DNA of 64,000 nt from Gammaproteobacteria bacterium (GTDB lineage Bacteria; Pseudomonadota; Gammaproteobacteria; Poriferisulfidales; Poriferisulfidaceae), in the NCBI GenBank assembly GCA_026706895.1, contig JAPOXW010000027.1:8373-72372 (forward strand), read 5' to 3'. Shown here piece after piece: positions 10,443 through 22,513 of this stretch. Each line of letters begins with the position of its first letter. Position 1 is the stretch's first letter. A program made the translations under genes and the position numbers. The notes beneath the pieces were generated by a model. The model was not told the origin of the DNA, did not search any database, and saw only the letters and a list, made by a program, of their open reading frames with translations.

Positions 10443-12839
10443 ATGAAGATCGTCCGCCGCCTGCTGAGACTGGTCGCCTTAGGGGTGATGCCGGCCCTGC
10501 TCGCCGTGCTCGGGGCCTATTTGTACATCCAGCCCAGCATGCCGACGGTCCAGGAACTTCGCGATGTTCATCTGCAAACCCCGCTTCGGGTTTACTCCCA
10601 GGATGGTGCATTGCTCGCGGTATACGGCACCAAGCGGCGCATTCCCGTCAGTTTGGACGAAATCCCATTGTCGATGCGCCAAGCCTTCATCGCGTCTGAA
10701 GACGCGCGCTTTGAGCAACATTTCGGAGTGGATTTGCAGGCCTTGGTCCGCGCCGCCGTAGATCTTGCGCGTAGCGGACGGATCCGCCAAGGCGGCAGCA
10801 CCATCACCATGCAGCTGGCACGCAACTTCTACCTGACTCGGCAACGTCATTTCGTCCGTAAATTGCGCGAGATCTTTCTCGCCCTGCGCATTGAGCAAGA
10901 ACTCAGCAAGGACGAAATTCTGGAACTGTACCTGAACAAGATCTTTCTTGGACATCGGGCGTACGGCGTGGGCGCTGCGGCCGAGGTTTACTACGACACT
11001 GCCCCTCGACACCTGACACTGGCCCAGATAGCCACCATCGCCGGCCTGCCCAAAGCGCCCTCAACCCTGAACCCGGTCACCAATCCCGAAGCCTCCCGCG
11101 CGCGCCGCCGCTACGTACTGGATCGCATGCTGCAGGACAGGCATATCACAGACGAACAATTTCAAGAAGCTGCAGAGGCTCCTGTCACCGCACGGCTGGG
11201 CCATTACCGCGGCCAGTCCTCGGCCCCCTACGTCGGAGAGATGGTTCGGGCCGAAATGGTGGAGCGATTCGGGACAGGTGCCTATACCGGGGGCTATACG
11301 GTTTACCTGACGATACGCAATGATTTGCAGACGGCGGCCCGTCAAGCCGTGCGAAGAGCCTTGATTCGCTACGACCTGCGCCACGGCTGGCGCGGTGCGG
11401 AAAATCGCCTGACACCGCTCCCCGAAAGCAAACAGGAACTTGATCGGGTTCTGGCCAACACGCCGACTCGCGGCGGCTTCGAGAACGGCATCGTGATCCA
11501 TGCCGGCCCGGATGTCGCGCATATCTACCTCGGCCGCGACCGTTGGGCAGAACTCACTCTCGACGAGATTCTCTGGGCAAGACCGATGGAGCATGTCGAC
11601 CGGCGTGGGCCCGCGCCAAGGGAGACTTCGGATGTAGTGAATCCGGGCGATATCGTGCATCTGATATTTGAAGACAACGTCTGGCGCCTGCGCCAGATTC
11701 CGGAAGCTTCCGGTGCACTGGTTGCAATCGATCCAACCGACGGCGCAATCCAGGCACTGACCGGCGGCTTCGATTTTGCCTTGAGCAAGTTCAATCGCGC
11801 TACTCAAGCGCATCGCCAGCCAGGCTCAAGCTTCAAACCGTTTCTGTATACCGCGGCCCTGGCCAAGGGCTACACCCCAGCCACGCTGATAAACGATGCG
11901 CCCGTGGTCTACCATGACCAAGGCATCGAAGGGGCCTGGCGCCCTGAAAACTACAGCGGCCGGTTCTACGGACCCACCCGACTCCGCGAAGCGCTGACTT
12001 ATTCCCGAAACGTGGTCTCGATTCGCATGCTCGACGACATCGGAAGCGATTATGCGCGTCATTTCGTAGAGCGGTTCGGCTTTGACGCCTCGACTCTTCC
12101 CGACAACCTGACGCTGGCGCTGGGCTCGGGCGAAGTGACCCCGTTGCAAATGGTGGCGGCATTCGCGATTCTTGCCAATGGCGGCTACCAGATCGAGCCC
12201 TACTTGATCCAGCGCATCGAGGACACAACCGGCGACCTGGTCTACATGGCCAATCCCCGAAAAGTCTGCGACGATGCCTGCCAGATGCAGGTCTTGTCGT
12301 CGCTTACATCCTCTGAACAGGAAATGCCCGCGCTGATGCCGGAAAACTCCGCTTCACGCGTCCTTGAAAAACGGATTCATTACCAGATTGTCAACATGTT
12401 GAGGGATGTCGTGCGGTTTGGGACTGCACGCGCCGCACTGGCACTGGAACGCGGGGATCTGGCTGGAAAAACCGGTACCACGAACGATCAGCGCGATGCC
12501 TGGTTCAGCGGATTCAATTCCCAGTTCGTGGCGACGACTTGGGTTGGCCGGGACGACTTCGGGAAACTCGGACGACGCGAAGTCGGCGGCACGGCGGCAC
12601 TGCCGATGTGGGTCGACTTCATGAAGGTGGCGTTGGCCGGCTTGCCGGAAAAACCGCTGACTATTCCTCCCGGCATCGTCGAGGTGCGCATCGACCCGAA
12701 AAACGGCCTGCTGGCCCCGCCCAACAGCAAGAATAGCGTCGTGGAGACCTTCCGCGAGGAACGCGTGCCCGATCGCCTGTCGAAGGAAACCATTCCGACG
12801 CCCGGAGAAGGCGCCGACATTCCCGAGCAATTGTTTTGA
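10443..12839 (+). CDS. mrcA: penicillin-binding protein 1A (bifunctional transglycosylase/transpeptidase)
   Basis: 798 aa; glycosyltransferase motifs EDxxFxxHxG and transpeptidase SxxK (GSSFKPF); divergent from aroK. Confidence 0.9.
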   Translation: MKIVRRLLRLVALGVMPALLAVLGAYLYIQPSMPTVQELRDVHLQTPLRVYSQDGALLAVYGTKRRIPVSLDEIPLSMRQAFIASEDARFEQHFGVDLQALVRAAVDLARSGRIRQGGSTITMQLARNFYLTRQRHFVRKLREIFLALRIEQELSKDEILELYLNKIFLGHRAYGVGAAAEVYYDTAPRHLTLAQIATIAGLPKAPSTLNPVTNPEASRARRRYVLDRMLQDRHITDEQFQEAAEAPVTARLGHYRGQSSAPYVGEMVRAEMVERFGTGAYTGGYTVYLTIRNDLQTAARQAVRRALIRYDLRHGWRGAENRLTPLPESKQELDRVLANTPTRGGFENGIVIHAGPDVAHIYLGRDRWAELTLDEILWARPMEHVDRRGPAPRETSDVVNPGDIVHLIFEDNVWRLRQIPEASGALVAIDPTDGAIQALTGGFDFALSKFNRATQAHRQPGSSFKPFLYTAALAKGYTPATLINDAPVVYHDQGIEGAWRPENYSGRFYGPTRLREALTYSRNVVSIRMLDDIGSDYARHFVERFGFDASTLPDNLTLALGSGEVTPLQMVAAFAILANGGYQIEPYLIQRIEDTTGDLVYMANPRKVCDDACQMQVLSSLTSSEQEMPALMPENSASRVLEKRIHYQIVNMLRDVVRFGTARAALALERGDLAGKTGTTNDQRDAWFSGFNSQFVATTWVGRDDFGKLGRREVGGTAALPMWVDFMKVALAGLPEKPLTIPPGIVEVRIDPKNGLLAPPNSKNSVVETFREERVPDRLSKETIPTPGEGADIPEQLF

Positions 12840-12930
12840 CTTGGCCAAAGCTGGGGTTTACAATTCCGTCCCTCCGTTTCTCACCCAGTTCCAGCAAACA
12901 GCAGAATTCCTTCCGTAGAGGCCACCGAAA

Positions 12931-13458
12931 ATGAACCGCAACCTGATTCTCCTTCTCGCTGCCGGCGCACTCGGCATCATTCTTTTATCTCTCGTCATGA
13001 AACCCGGTTCTTTTCCCGGGATGGCTCCGTCCGCACCCCTGGATACCCAAAACCAAGCTGAAAGCGCTGACGCAACGGCGGCCAAGTCGATGGTGGCCCA
13101 GGCTCTGGAATATGTGGACCAACGCGGCATGGTCGCCTTGATCGAAAAAGTCAATGCGGCCGCCCCTGAATTTCATCAGGGTCAATTTTACGTTTTCGTT
13201 CTGGACAATGCCGGAACCATCGTGGCTCATCCGATCGATCCCAGTTGGGTAGGAGTGACCGACGAGACCGGAAGGGATGCCGACGGCAATGTCTTTCTTG
13301 CGCAAATGGCCGCGGCAGCCGCTGAAAATCCAGACGGCAGTTGGTTCGACTACCGCTGGCCGCACCCGATCACGAAAGAGGTGGGCACTAAATCCAGTTG
13401 GATCACGATGCGTGACGACCATGTCGTTGGCGTTGGCATCTACCTCGAAGAGGAATAA
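12931..13458 (+). CDS. periplasmic single Cache-like sensor domain protein
   Basis: Signal peptide/TM at N-terminus; YVFVLDNAGTIVAHP Cache-like motif; 175 aa. Confidence 0.45.
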   Translation: MNRNLILLLAAGALGIILLSLVMKPGSFPGMAPSAPLDTQNQAESADATAAKSMVAQALEYVDQRGMVALIEKVNAAAPEFHQGQFYVFVLDNAGTIVAHPIDPSWVGVTDETGRDADGNVFLAQMAAAAAENPDGSWFDYRWPHPITKEVGTKSSWITMRDDHVVGVGIYLEEE

Positions 13459-13493
13459 AAGAACCGGTACGGAGGCCCCTGCCCGGCCAGAGT

Positions 13494-14540
13494 TCAGTTG
13501 GAAGCAGCGCTGAACTGGTGGACTTCGTCGATCAAGCAGGCCAGTCGGTCCGGATCGATATCCGGCGTGATGCCGTGCCCGAGGTTGAACACATGGCCCG
13601 GGTAAGAACCATAATCTTCCAGTAGCGCACGTGCGGCGGCACGCAGGTCCTCCGCATCCTCGCGCAACATGGCCGGATCCAGATTACCCTGCAAGGCGCA
13701 GACTTGCCCCACTTCCTCACGTGCGACGCGCAAATTCACGGTCTCATCCAGGCCAATCGCCTCGCAACCGGTCTTGCTGACTTCGGTCAACTGCCCGCCA
13801 CCTCCACGAGCAAACATGATACGCGGCACAACCGGCCCCAATTTTTCCATGATGCGCTGGATCGGCTGGAGCGAGAAACGGACGTAATCCTCGCCTTCCA
13901 GGATACCCCCCCAACTGTCGAAAATCATAACCACGCCGGCGCCAGCCTCGATTTGCGCTTCCAAATAAAGGGCTACGGATTCCGCCAGAATCGCGAGCAG
14001 GTGCTCAAGCTGATCCGGTTCGGATTGAAGCAGTTCGGCGACATGCGCGAACTCACTGCGGCTGCGACCCTCGATCATGTAGGTTGCCAACGTCCAAGGG
14101 CTGCCGGCAAAACCGATTACCGGGACTTGCTCTCCGATCTCCCGGGACAATAAGGAAACAGCTTCGCTGACATAGCGGAGTTCCTGGTGTGGATCTGGAA
14201 CCCCCAACGCCCTGATATCGGCTGCACTGCGGATCGGACGTTCGAAATGTGGCCCGGTCCCCTCGGAAAACCCGAGTCCCAACCCCATCGCGTCCGGGAT
14301 GGTCAGGATGTCGGAGAACACAATCGCCGCATCCAGCGGATAGCGACGCATCGGCTGCAATGCGGCTTCGCAGGCATAGTCCGGCGTCCGGCATAAATTG
14401 AGGAAGCTTCCGGCGCGCTCGCGCAATTCCCGATATTCCGGAAGGTAACGCCCCGCCTGACGCATGATCCAGACAGGCGTGCGGTCGGTCGGCTGCCGCC
14501 GCAGGGCGCGAAGGAATCGATCGTTTTCTGGGACCACCAT
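13494..14540 (-). CDS. hemE: uroporphyrinogen decarboxylase
   Basis: PVWIMRQAGRYLPEY N-terminal signature. Confidence 0.9.
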   Translation of the reverse strand: MVVPENDRFLRALRRQPTDRTPVWIMRQAGRYLPEYRELRERAGSFLNLCRTPDYACEAALQPMRRYPLDAAIVFSDILTIPDAMGLGLGFSEGTGPHFERPIRSAADIRALGVPDPHQELRYVSEAVSLLSREIGEQVPVIGFAGSPWTLATYMIEGRSRSEFAHVAELLQSEPDQLEHLLAILAESVALYLEAQIEAGAGVVMIFDSWGGILEGEDYVRFSLQPIQRIMEKLGPVVPRIMFARGGGGQLTEVSKTGCEAIGLDETVNLRVAREEVGQVCALQGNLDPAMLREDAEDLRAAARALLEDYGSYPGHVFNLGHGITPDIDPDRLACLIDEVHQFSAASN

Positions 14541-14547
14541 CGGGGCC

Positions 14548-16008
<1,461 letters not shown>

Positions 16009-16218
16009 TTAACGGTAACGCGGTCGCGATTGCTTGGACAGACGCTTGGCATTGCGCTTGATCGCCGCTGCAGCCTTGCGCTTGCGCACCTCGGTCGGTT
16101 TCTCGTAATACTCGCGGCGACGAGCTTCTGAAAGCACTCCTGATCGTTCGCAGGCACGCCGAAAACGACGAATTGCGACGTCAAATGGCTCGTCTTCCTT
16201 GACCCGAATCCCAGGCAT
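16009..16218 (-). CDS. rpsU: 30S ribosomal protein S21
   Basis: [24 protein letters not shown]... near-identical to canonical S21. Confidence 0.9.
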   Translation of the reverse strand: MPGIRVKEDEPFDVAIRRFRRACERSGVLSEARRREYYEKPTEVRKRKAAAAIKRNAKRLSKQSRPRYR

Positions 16219-16692
16219 ATAGATTCATCAAATGGTTGAAAATGGATTGCGTATTGTACATGTTCAACGAAAACCGGTTGAATCCCAAGTCAGCGCCTTG
16301 CCAAGTGCCCTGGGATGGCTTCGATCGGTGGGAATGTTTCACAACCTATACAGAAACTGCCGCTCCATAGTGGAGATTGACCCGTTATCCTGCTAACCAA
16401 TGAGGTGACTTTTGACAGATTTCCGCCCCATTCTTGCAGCCAGTTGTGCACTGAATCAGGATTTACATGTAACCATGCAGTATCTCGACCGGCTTGACCT
16501 CCATGCTGCGACCCAATCTCGCCGGTTCTCCATTGCTCCATGATGACCTCTTTCGGCAAGACCCAACAGTGGGCATGCAAACGGGCTGTCTGCCCAAATG
16601 TCGAGTTCTCCATACTCTCCCCGGAGGGTTTCGGAGCACGCCACAAGAATGGATACTTCAGGAGCCCTTATTTGAGGCATAGTCTCTCGCGC

Positions 16693-17640
16693 TTATGCTG
16701 TTTTTGCGAAATCGAATGCCGGCAACTCACGTTGATCTGTTTGTTCTACATCGTGCAGGACTGGGCTCGCAAACGCAAGTCGCTCAGCCATCACTTTGAT
16801 TGCCTCGGGATGATTATCGATCAATACCGCATTACGGCCCGCCCGAACAGCAGCTTCTCCTGTCGTTCCGCTGCCTGCAAAAAAATCAAGTATCCGATCT
16901 CCCGGGTTGGAATGGACATTCACAATACGGCTCAGTATCGCCAACGGTTTCTGCGTCGGGTATCCCGTCTTCTCCTTGCCATTTGGGCTGACGATTGTCT
17001 TCCACCACGTGTCGGTTGGCGTTTTTCCTTTGGCTGCTTTCTCGGGCCCGACAAGCCCGGGAGCCATGTAGGGAATCCGGTCGATATCGTCGTGCCGATA
17101 CGTGTAGTCACTCGGATTCTTCACGTACCAGAGAATATTGTCATGCTTGGGCGACCAGCGCTTTTTGGATCGCGCCCCGTAATCGTATGACCAAATGATT
17201 TCGTTGATAAAACATTCCCTGCCAAATATCTGATCCAACAAGACCTTGCAGTAGTGTACTTCCCGGTAATCGATGTGGAAGAAAAACGAGCCACTAGGAG
17301 ACAGGAGCCGATACGCTTCTACGAACCTTGGCTTTAGAAAATCAAGATAATCAGCGAAAGAGTCTGAAAACTCCATGCTGCCGAGTTCCGTTGTCTTGTA
17401 TGTCTTTCCTTGAAACCCCACACGATCCCCATTTTTATCGCGAATGGTTTTCAGGCGTTTTCTCGTTTGCGTCTTACCGGTGTTGAACGGAGGATCGATA
17501 TAGATTAGATCAAATGTTTCTTTATCGAACTCGCGCAGGATAGGAAGGTTGTCCCCGAAATAGATGTCCAATGATGACATCGGTAGAACTTCAGGATTCG
17601 AAGCAAGAAATCGGCTCATCCAGAATCTCCGTCCAGGCAT
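16693..17640 (-). CDS. beta-class site-specific DNA methyltransferase (N6-adenine or N4-cytosine), orphan
   Basis: IYIDPPFN (motif IV) N-terminal and FAGSGTTG (motif I) C-terminal; lower GC; alternative starts at 17619 (GGAG RBS) or 17580. Confidence 0.85.
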   Translation of the reverse strand: MPGRRFWMSRFLASNPEVLPMSSLDIYFGDNLPILREFDKETFDLIYIDPPFNTGKTQTRKRLKTIRDKNGDRVGFQGKTYKTTELGSMEFSDSFADYLDFLKPRFVEAYRLLSPSGSFFFHIDYREVHYCKVLLDQIFGRECFINEIIWSYDYGARSKKRWSPKHDNILWYVKNPSDYTYRHDDIDRIPYMAPGLVGPEKAAKGKTPTDTWWKTIVSPNGKEKTGYPTQKPLAILSRIVNVHSNPGDRILDFFAGSGTTGEAAVRAGRNAVLIDNHPEAIKVMAERLAFASPVLHDVEQTDQRELPAFDFAKTA

Positions 17641-17829
17641 GAACCCTCTCGGGCTTTGGCGATCCTAGAGGTTTCATGTGCGCATATCCCATTATGTCAT
17701 TATTCGAGTTCTGTATGCAGTTCTAGTTCTATCTTGGCACCTAGGCCAAAGAGTCTTGTACGCAATGCAGGAATGCTTGAGAAAACCATGACAATAGCGC
17801 TATAGTTACACTGATTTTGTTGAACGCCC

Positions 17830-18870
17830 ATGACTCAAACCGCCCGGGTACTTGGAATCGAGACCTCCTGCGATGAAACCGGAATCGCGGTATGGGACAG
17901 TGCGCGCGGACTTCTCTCCCATAAGCTCTACAGCCAGGTCAAGACTCACCGGCAGTATGGCGGGGTCGTGCCGGAACTGGCCTCCCGCGATCACGTGCGT
18001 CGTTTGCCGCAGTTGACTGTAGACGCCCTGGAAGAAGCCGGCTGCCTGCCCACGGAACTGGATGCCATCGCCTACACGGCCGGGCCCGGGCTGATCGGCG
18101 CCCTGATGTCCGGTGCCTCGTTCGCCTGCGCCATGGCCTACGCGTTGGACCGGCCGGCACTCGCCATTCACCACATGGAGGCCCATTTGCTGGCCCCTCT
18201 CATGGATAACCCGGATTTTTCACCTCCCTTCGCGGCACTGCTGGTCTCAGGCGGACATAGCCTGTTGATGCAGGTAGATCGAATCGGCCAGTACACCTGT
18301 CTGGGACAAAGCATCGACGATGCCGTCGGTGAAGCTTTCGACAAGACCGCACGCATCCTGGATCTGCCTTATCCGGGCGGACCCGCCCTGGCAAAACTCG
18401 CGGAACGCGGCGACCCTGAACGTTTTCACTTTCCCCGACCGATGCTGGATCGCGAAGGTTGCGACATGAGTTTCAGCGGGCTCAAGACCCATGCCCGCCG
18501 CCTAGCCGAGGCCCACCCGGAAGACGCCCAGGCAGCCGCTGACATCGCGGCCGGCTTTCAGGAAGCCGTCGTCGATGTTCTAGTCGCGAAGTCTCAACGC
18601 GCGCTGGCGCAGAGTGGGCTGGATCACCTGGTCGTGGCGGGAGGGGTCGGGGCGAACCGGCGGCTGCGAAGCCGGCTGGCGCAAGCCCTCGAAGAAAACG
18701 GGCAACAGGTCCTTTGGCCTCCTCCCGAATACTGCACGGACAACGGCGCCATGATCGCCTTTGCCGGTTCGCTGCGCCTGCGAGACCCTGCCGCGCTCAG
18801 CGGGCTGGAAATCCGGAGCCGGGCGCGCTGGCCCCTGGAAGAACTCGCTTCCCCGTCTCCCCTCGCCTGA
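17830..18870 (+). CDS. tsaD: tRNA N6-adenosine threonylcarbamoyltransferase
   Basis: [14 protein letters not shown]-terminus, 346 aa; divergent from rpsU as in E. coli. Confidence 0.9.
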   Translation: MTQTARVLGIETSCDETGIAVWDSARGLLSHKLYSQVKTHRQYGGVVPELASRDHVRRLPQLTVDALEEAGCLPTELDAIAYTAGPGLIGALMSGASFACAMAYALDRPALAIHHMEAHLLAPLMDNPDFSPPFAALLVSGGHSLLMQVDRIGQYTCLGQSIDDAVGEAFDKTARILDLPYPGGPALAKLAERGDPERFHFPRPMLDREGCDMSFSGLKTHARRLAEAHPEDAQAAADIAAGFQEAVVDVLVAKSQRALAQSGLDHLVVAGGVGANRRLRSRLAQALEENGQQVLWPPPEYCTDNGAMIAFAGSLRLRDPAALSGLEIRSRARWPLEELASPSPLA

Positions 18871-18871
18871 G

Positions 18872-19432
18872 TTAGTCCTCGGCTCTGCGCCACTTGATCG
18901 AACAGCCCATGCTGGGAACCTGCTCGCTTGGTCCCTCACCAGTCTTTGCGACCTGAACCATCGCCTCGAACAAATCCCGCCGCGCGTCTGGAACCGGGTG
19001 CATGCCGCTTTCATCCAGACGCCCGCGGTATTGCAATTTCAACTCGGCGTTATATCCGAAGAAATCGGGTGTGCACACCGCGCCGTAGGCCTGCGCGACC
19101 TGTTGCGACTCGTCCAGAAGATAAGGAAATGGAAAATCGTATTCGCGTGCAACTGCGATCATGTTGTCGAACGAGTCTTCCGGATAATCGGTGGGGTCGT
19201 TCGCCATGATGGCCACCGACTGAATACCATGTGCACGCAACTCGCCGACATCCCGCACGATTCGCTCTCGCACCGCCTTCACGTACGGGCAGTGATTGCA
19301 AATGAACATCACCAAGGTCCCGGCTTTGCCACGGCATTCATCCAGCGACCATTCGCGACCGTCAACCCCGGGCAGGGTGAAATCAATTGCCGGCAGGCCA
19401 AAATCGCAGACCGGGGTGTGTTTAAGACTCAC
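18872..19432 (-). CDS. thioredoxin-fold redoxin (thiol-disulfide oxidoreductase)
   Basis: CNHCPYV CxxC motif in AhpC/TSA-redoxin like context. Confidence 0.65.
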   Translation of the reverse strand: MSLKHTPVCDFGLPAIDFTLPGVDGREWSLDECRGKAGTLVMFICNHCPYVKAVRERIVRDVGELRAHGIQSVAIMANDPTDYPEDSFDNMIAVAREYDFPFPYLLDESQQVAQAYGAVCTPDFFGYNAELKLQYRGRLDESGMHPVPDARRDLFEAMVQVAKTGEGPSEQVPSMGCSIKWRRAED

Positions 19433-20199
19433 GAGCGGACTCCTCTGAGCGCCTGCGACGCCGCCTGCGACAGGAACAGGGTGTCCACTCCGATCCCCAC
19501 CAGGGTGAACCCCATATCAATGTATCGGGACACCACGTCCGGCGCAATCCCGAAAATACCCGGAATCTTGCCTACCTCCTGGCAGACTTCCAAGACTTTG
19601 GCAATCGCTTCCTGCACCGCCGGGTTGTGCACTTGGCCCGGGATGCCCATGCTTGTAGACAGGTCGTAGGGCCCGATGAACAGCACGTCCACTCCCTCTA
19701 CGGCGGCCAGATTCCGGACGTTTTCCACTGCGTCCTTATGTTCGACCTGGATCACCGTCAGTAGTGAATCGTTCGCCTGGGCCAGATAAGTCTCGAATTC
19801 CGCCCCGTAACGGTGCGCGCGAGCGATGCCGACGCCTCGCTCGCCCTGGGGCGGGTACTTGGCGTAATTGACGACCTGTTCCGCCTGCGCAACCGTGTTG
19901 ACCTGAGGCGCAATGATTCCGCTCGCCCCAACGTCCAGCATTTTCTCGATCCAGGTCTCCTCGTGCACCGGAATCCGGACCAGGCAAGGTGTCCGGTCTC
20001 CCGTCGCCTGAATCAGGGATTCGACGGCAAGCGGGTCATGCGTACCATGCTCGGCATCGATGAACAGCCAATCGAACCCGGTGTCGCTCAAGATCTCTGC
20101 GGCCTGAGGACTGTTGAGGCTGATGATCGTACCGACTAGCACCTCACCAGCGCAGGCCCGTCGGCGAAAACCGTTTTCGCAAACCAGCGGGCCGCTCAC
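19429..20199 (-). CDS. HpcH/HpaI family aldolase
   Basis: 256 aa; DxEHG and TIM-barrel aldolase pattern of HpcH/HpaI/citrate-lyase beta family. Confidence 0.7.
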   Translation of the reverse strand: MSGPLVCENGFRRRACAGEVLVGTIISLNSPQAAEILSDTGFDWLFIDAEHGTHDPLAVESLIQATGDRTPCLVRIPVHEETWIEKMLDVGASGIIAPQVNTVAQAEQVVNYAKYPPQGERGVGIARAHRYGAEFETYLAQANDSLLTVIQVEHKDAVENVRNLAAVEGVDVLFIGPYDLSTSMGIPGQVHNPAVQEAIAKVLEVCQEVGKIPGIFGIAPDVVSRYIDMGFTLVGIGVDTLFLSQAASQALRGVRS

Positions 20200-20849
20200 G
20201 ACAGCGACTCCACGCCCTGCTCGGTCCCGATCAGCAACACATCCGCGCCGCGCCGGGCGAATAATCCGACCGTGACCACTCCGGGAATATCGTTCAAGGT
20301 GTCTTCCATTTTCGGGGGATCCAGAATTTCGAGGTTATGGACATCCAAGATGCAGTTGCCGTGGTCGGTCACGAAGCCTTCGCGCCACTCCGGCATGCCG
20401 CCGTGCTGGACCAGTTCGCGCGCCACCATGGAACGTGCCATCGGAATGACTTCGACCGGCAAGGGGAAAGCGCCTAAACGATTCACTTGCTTGCCGTCGT
20501 CAATGATGCAGACGAAGGTTTCGCTGCATTCGGCGATGATTTTCTCACCCGTCAGTGCGCCGCCGCCGCCTTTGATAAGGCTGCGGTGCCGGGTCGCTTC
20601 ATCAGCCCCGTCCACGTACAGGCGCAAGGGCCCGGCCGTGTTCAAATCCACTACCGGGATGCCGATCTGGCGCAGTCGCTCGGTGCTTGCCTGCGACGAC
20701 GATACGGCGGCATCGATCTTGCTTTTGACGGAAGCCAGAGCGTCGATGAAGAAATTGACCGTCGAACCCGTCCCGACTCCCAGCACTTCGCCCGGTTGGA
20801 TGTAATCCAACGCGGCTTCCGCCGCCCTTCTCTTCTTATCGTCGCTCAT
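20196..20849 (-). CDS. rpiA: ribose-5-phosphate isomerase A
   Basis: GVGTGSTV and DGADE motifs, 217 aa. Confidence 0.9.
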   Translation of the reverse strand: MSDDKKRRAAEAALDYIQPGEVLGVGTGSTVNFFIDALASVKSKIDAAVSSSQASTERLRQIGIPVVDLNTAGPLRLYVDGADEATRHRSLIKGGGGALTGEKIIAECSETFVCIIDDGKQVNRLGAFPLPVEVIPMARSMVARELVQHGGMPEWREGFVTDHGNCILDVHNLEILDPPKMEDTLNDIPGVVTVGLFARRGADVLLIGTEQGVESLS

Positions 20850-20897
20850 CCCGAGAGTCCCTATAATTGGGCTTCAAAGTTTAACATTGGCAACGTC

Positions 20898-21134
20898 ATG
20901 CCTTATTTTGTTTTTCAGGTCGAAGGTGCCAACCCGGAAAACCGGGTGGTCAATTTTTTGCAAGCCTTCGAAAACTACCGAGACGCACGCGCGCTGGCCC
21001 GGGAAGAGCGGGCGAAACAACCGGATTCGGGACCGGAAACAGTCCGCGTGGTCTTCGCGGAATCCCAGGAACTGGCCGAGGGTCTGCTGCGGCAGCGGCG
21101 CGAAGCTCCAATCCTGCAGGAATGGGAGAAGTAG
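20898..21134 (+). CDS. hypothetical small protein (78 aa)
   Basis: ATG at 20898 inside longer ORF-track entry that overlaps rpiA antisense; no recognisable motif. Confidence 0.3.
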   Translation: MPYFVFQVEGANPENRVVNFLQAFENYRDARALAREERAKQPDSGPETVRVVFAESQELAEGLLRQRREAPILQEWEK

Positions 21135-21149
21135 AGCGGAGGCGCCTTA

Positions 21150-21365
21150 ATGTCCAAAAAGGCTCCACCGGATGCATCGGCGGAAGAATGTTCCCGCAAA
21201 CCGCTTCCTTTTCGCGAAGGCCGTGCGGCTGAAGCCGCCAATGCGCATTCTTTCTCGTTCTCACGCATTTTTGGCGCACTTAAAGGACTTAAAGGCACTG
21301 TGACGATCATGCCGGGCGTGGACTTGGCCCGGCCGACCGGCGAAACGTGGGATGCTGAAAGGTAA
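21150..21365 (+). CDS. hypothetical small protein (71 aa)
   Basis: ORF only; no recognisable motif. Confidence 0.2.
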   Translation: MSKKAPPDASAEECSRKPLPFREGRAAEAANAHSFSFSRIFGALKGLKGTVTIMPGVDLARPTGETWDAER

Positions 21366-21452
21366 CCGGCAGAAGCACACCCGAACGGTCCCGCAACGGC
21401 AATAAGGATTCCCAACCGGAGAGCCCGGCCGTCATTCACGCAAACCGCATCC

Positions 21453-21893
21453 ATGGATGAAATCCAGTACCGGGACACCTACCATTCGGTCAACGAGCGA
21501 CGGTGCCATTTCGAAAAGACGATCAACGCGCGGGTCTGCACCTGCCGCCACATGCGGCGATTCAATCTGGCAGACCGGGAAGGCGTCGGCTGCACTCACC
21601 CCGAAGCGCACCAGAACTGCGCCGACTGGCTCCGCGCCCTGCGCCGGGCATCATGTTTCGCGCTGTCGCAACCCAGTCCGGTTGACATCCTGCCCCACCG
21701 CCTGGAGGCAAAAGTCCAGGCAGGCGGCCTGCTGGGCCTCGCCAAGCTGGTCGACAACGCCACCCGTGTCGAAGACATCGCCGGTTTGCTGGGCCGCTCA
21801 CTTGAGCGTTACGGCAACGTATCCGACCTTCCCATGCGGGACATCGTGACGGCAGTCGCGGAATACGAACCGCGCCAACGCAAAAACAAATAG
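21453..21893 (+). CDS. hypothetical Cys-rich protein (146 aa)
   Basis: C-x9-CxC...C...C cluster in N-terminal half; no family recognised. Confidence 0.35.
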   Translation: MDEIQYRDTYHSVNERRCHFEKTINARVCTCRHMRRFNLADREGVGCTHPEAHQNCADWLRALRRASCFALSQPSPVDILPHRLEAKVQAGGLLGLAKLVDNATRVEDIAGLLGRSLERYGNVSDLPMRDIVTAVAEYEPRQRKNK

Positions 21894-21970
21894 ATGGGCA
21901 AAGTCCAAGCGGCGGCTACGCATCGGACGGCTCCCCTTAGATAATATAATTAATATTTTGTAAATTACTA

Positions 21971-21999
21971 TTGATTTGTGTCAACTTTTTTGATACTAT
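21971..21999 (+). promoter_or_regulatory. sigma70-like promoter TTGATT-N17-TACTAT upstream of vapB; TTTGA(A/C)C direct repeat just downstream
   Basis: Read directly in very AT-rich 120-bp intergenic stretch. Confidence 0.4.
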
Positions 22000-22027
22000 C
22001 ATAAAACCCGTTTGAACTCCTTTGACC

Positions 22028-22513
22028 ATGAGCGAACCCATGCAGCCTAATCCTGTCTCGATGAGACGCGTGACGGATGGATTGCCCACGATATCGGCCA
22101 AGATACGGGCGCTGGACGCTGCGGGATATGCTTGCGCAGACATTGCCAGATTCCTGAACCGGCGCTACCAGCACGTGCGCAATGTTCTGGTACAGGGTCC
22201 CCCGAAATCCCAATCCAGCCAGATGGACTCCAACGCACCCGACACGCCTGGGAATATCGAACCCAAAACCCTGCAGGTCGCCCGGAACGGGCGCGTCGTG
22301 ATTCCTGCCGAAATGCGCTCGGCCATGTTGGTTGATGCGACGGGCTATGTTACGGCAAGTGTGGTCGAAGGTGAATTAAGAATTCTTAGCCCCAAGTCTG
22401 CGCTCCTGAAAGCACAGAAGGTGGTTCAGGAGAAAACTTCTGGAGTCGCATCACCGGCCGATGAGCTGATTGCCGAAAGACGTGCCGAAGCGCAACGCGA
22501 GGCTGATGGATGA
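22028..22513 (+). CDS. vapB: antitoxin, N-terminal HTH + C-terminal AbrB/MazE (SpoVT) domain, VapB-like
   Basis: C-terminal RNGRVVIPAEMR...GELRI AbrB-type swapped-hairpin motif; 4-nt ATGA overlap with PIN gene; ATG at 22028 (ORF track gives TTG at 22022). Confidence 0.65.
   Translation: MSEPMQPNPVSMRRVTDGLPTISAKIRALDAAGYACADIARFLNRRYQHVRNVLVQGPPKSQSSQMDSNAPDTPGNIEPKTLQVARNGRVVIPAEMRSAMLVDATGYVTASVVEGELRILSPKSALLKAQKVVQEKTSGVASPADELIAERRAEAQREADG

Noticed and set aside
16290-16682. 118-aa and 74-aa minus ORFs and a 62-aa plus ORF in the rpsU-MTase spacer
   Set aside because: They are W/R/H-rich with no motif, and there are overlapping alternatives in all frames. They are treated as non-coding or decayed sequence, see the finding on the orphan MTase.
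16540-17190. 216-aa plus-strand ORF
   Set aside because: It is antisense to the DNA methyltransferase gene.
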